NCBI RefSeq assembly: GCF_000297495.1
Contig: NZ_ALWX01000068.1
Span: 1 to 64,000 of the forward strand
Direction of reading: 5' to 3'
Length of the DNA stretch: 64,000 nt
DNA from: Janibacter hoylei PVAS-1
Lineage (GTDB): Bacteria > Actinomycetota > Actinomycetes > Actinomycetales > Dermatophilaceae
The position numbers and the translations under genes were made by a program. Numbering within the stretch: the first letter of the stretch is position 1; each line of letters begins with the position of its first letter. Below are positions 63,672 through 64,000 of the stretch, piece after piece. A model generated the notes under the pieces. It made no database searches. It had not been told where the DNA came from and saw only the letters and a list, made by a program, of their open reading frames with translations.

Positions 63672-64000
63672 AGGCCGAGCCGGGCCCGGCACGTCGCGAC
63701 GACGTCGGGCAGCTGCTCGACGAGGGCGGCGACGGCGGCCTCGCGCTCGGGTGCCACCGCGGCGAGCGGCAGCGTGATGCGGACATTGCCCTGGGTGAGG
63801 GCGCCCATCGCCGCGAGCACGTGGCTGGGCTCGAGGGTGTCCGACGTGCAGGCCGACCCCGACCCGACCGCGAGCCCGCGCCGGGCCAGCTCGTCGACGA
63901 TCGTCTCCCCGTCGACGTAGAGCACCGAAAAGGTGCACACGTGGGGCAGCCGGTCGTCCGGGTCGCCGACGACGTCGACCTCCTCGACGGCCGCGGCCGC
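63668..64000 (-). CDS. Cysteine desulfurase (class V aminotransferase), C-terminal part. The gene continues beyond the window.
   Basis: 'SGSACTSDTLEPSHVLAAMG' active-site Cys loop. Confidence 0.8.
   Translation of the reverse strand, partial: AAAAVEEVDVVGDPDDRLPHVCTFSVLYVDGETIVDELARRGLAVGSGSACTSDTLEPSHVLAAMGALTQGNVRITLPLAAVAPEREAAVAALVEQLPDVVATCRARLGL

Overview
This is a high-GC actinobacterial chromosome segment (Actinomycetota). No rRNA, tRNA or CRISPR was found.

The window has three parts:
- **1-5500, accessory island of lower GC.** It holds a partial IS3-family insertion sequence, a macro-domain gene overlapping a DUF262/DUF1524 (GmrSD-like) nuclease gene, decayed gene fragments and a small caspase-fold protein.
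- **5500-28500, mixed region.** It carries a YbjN-like/zinc-ribbon-serpin/LON-N operon, a 496-aa repeat protein and a tandem SPFH (flotillin-like) pair. The repeat protein and the SPFH pair share a palindromic upstream motif. Also here are yeiH with its LysR regulator, fadH, a PadR regulator followed by four palindromic 24-bp elements, a CoA-transferase, a CDF transporter and Hsp20.
- **28500-64000, conserved core block.** It is syntenic with the mycobacterial glnA1-lipA-lipB-dlaT/sucB-lpd-pepA-gcvT neighbourhood. A ~9-kb cluster (three glycosyltransferases, an MsbA-like ABC exporter, two APH-fold kinases, an M18 aminopeptidase) is inserted between the RDD and DUF4191 genes. The block continues through DUF3043, M20 peptidase, a second macro-domain gene, GS-HQR, nadA, glxK, erpA, adoK, aat and a partial cysteine desulfurase.

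At least 14 conserved genes are interrupted by single-base indels in G/C homopolymers; I read these as assembly errors, not pseudogenes. They include glnA, fadH (x2), lipA, glxK (x2), the macro gene (x2), SPFH, MFS, DUF4191, a glycosyltransferase and LON-N.

Several terminator hairpins share a conserved stem base GACGAAGGGGG...CCCCCTTCGTC.
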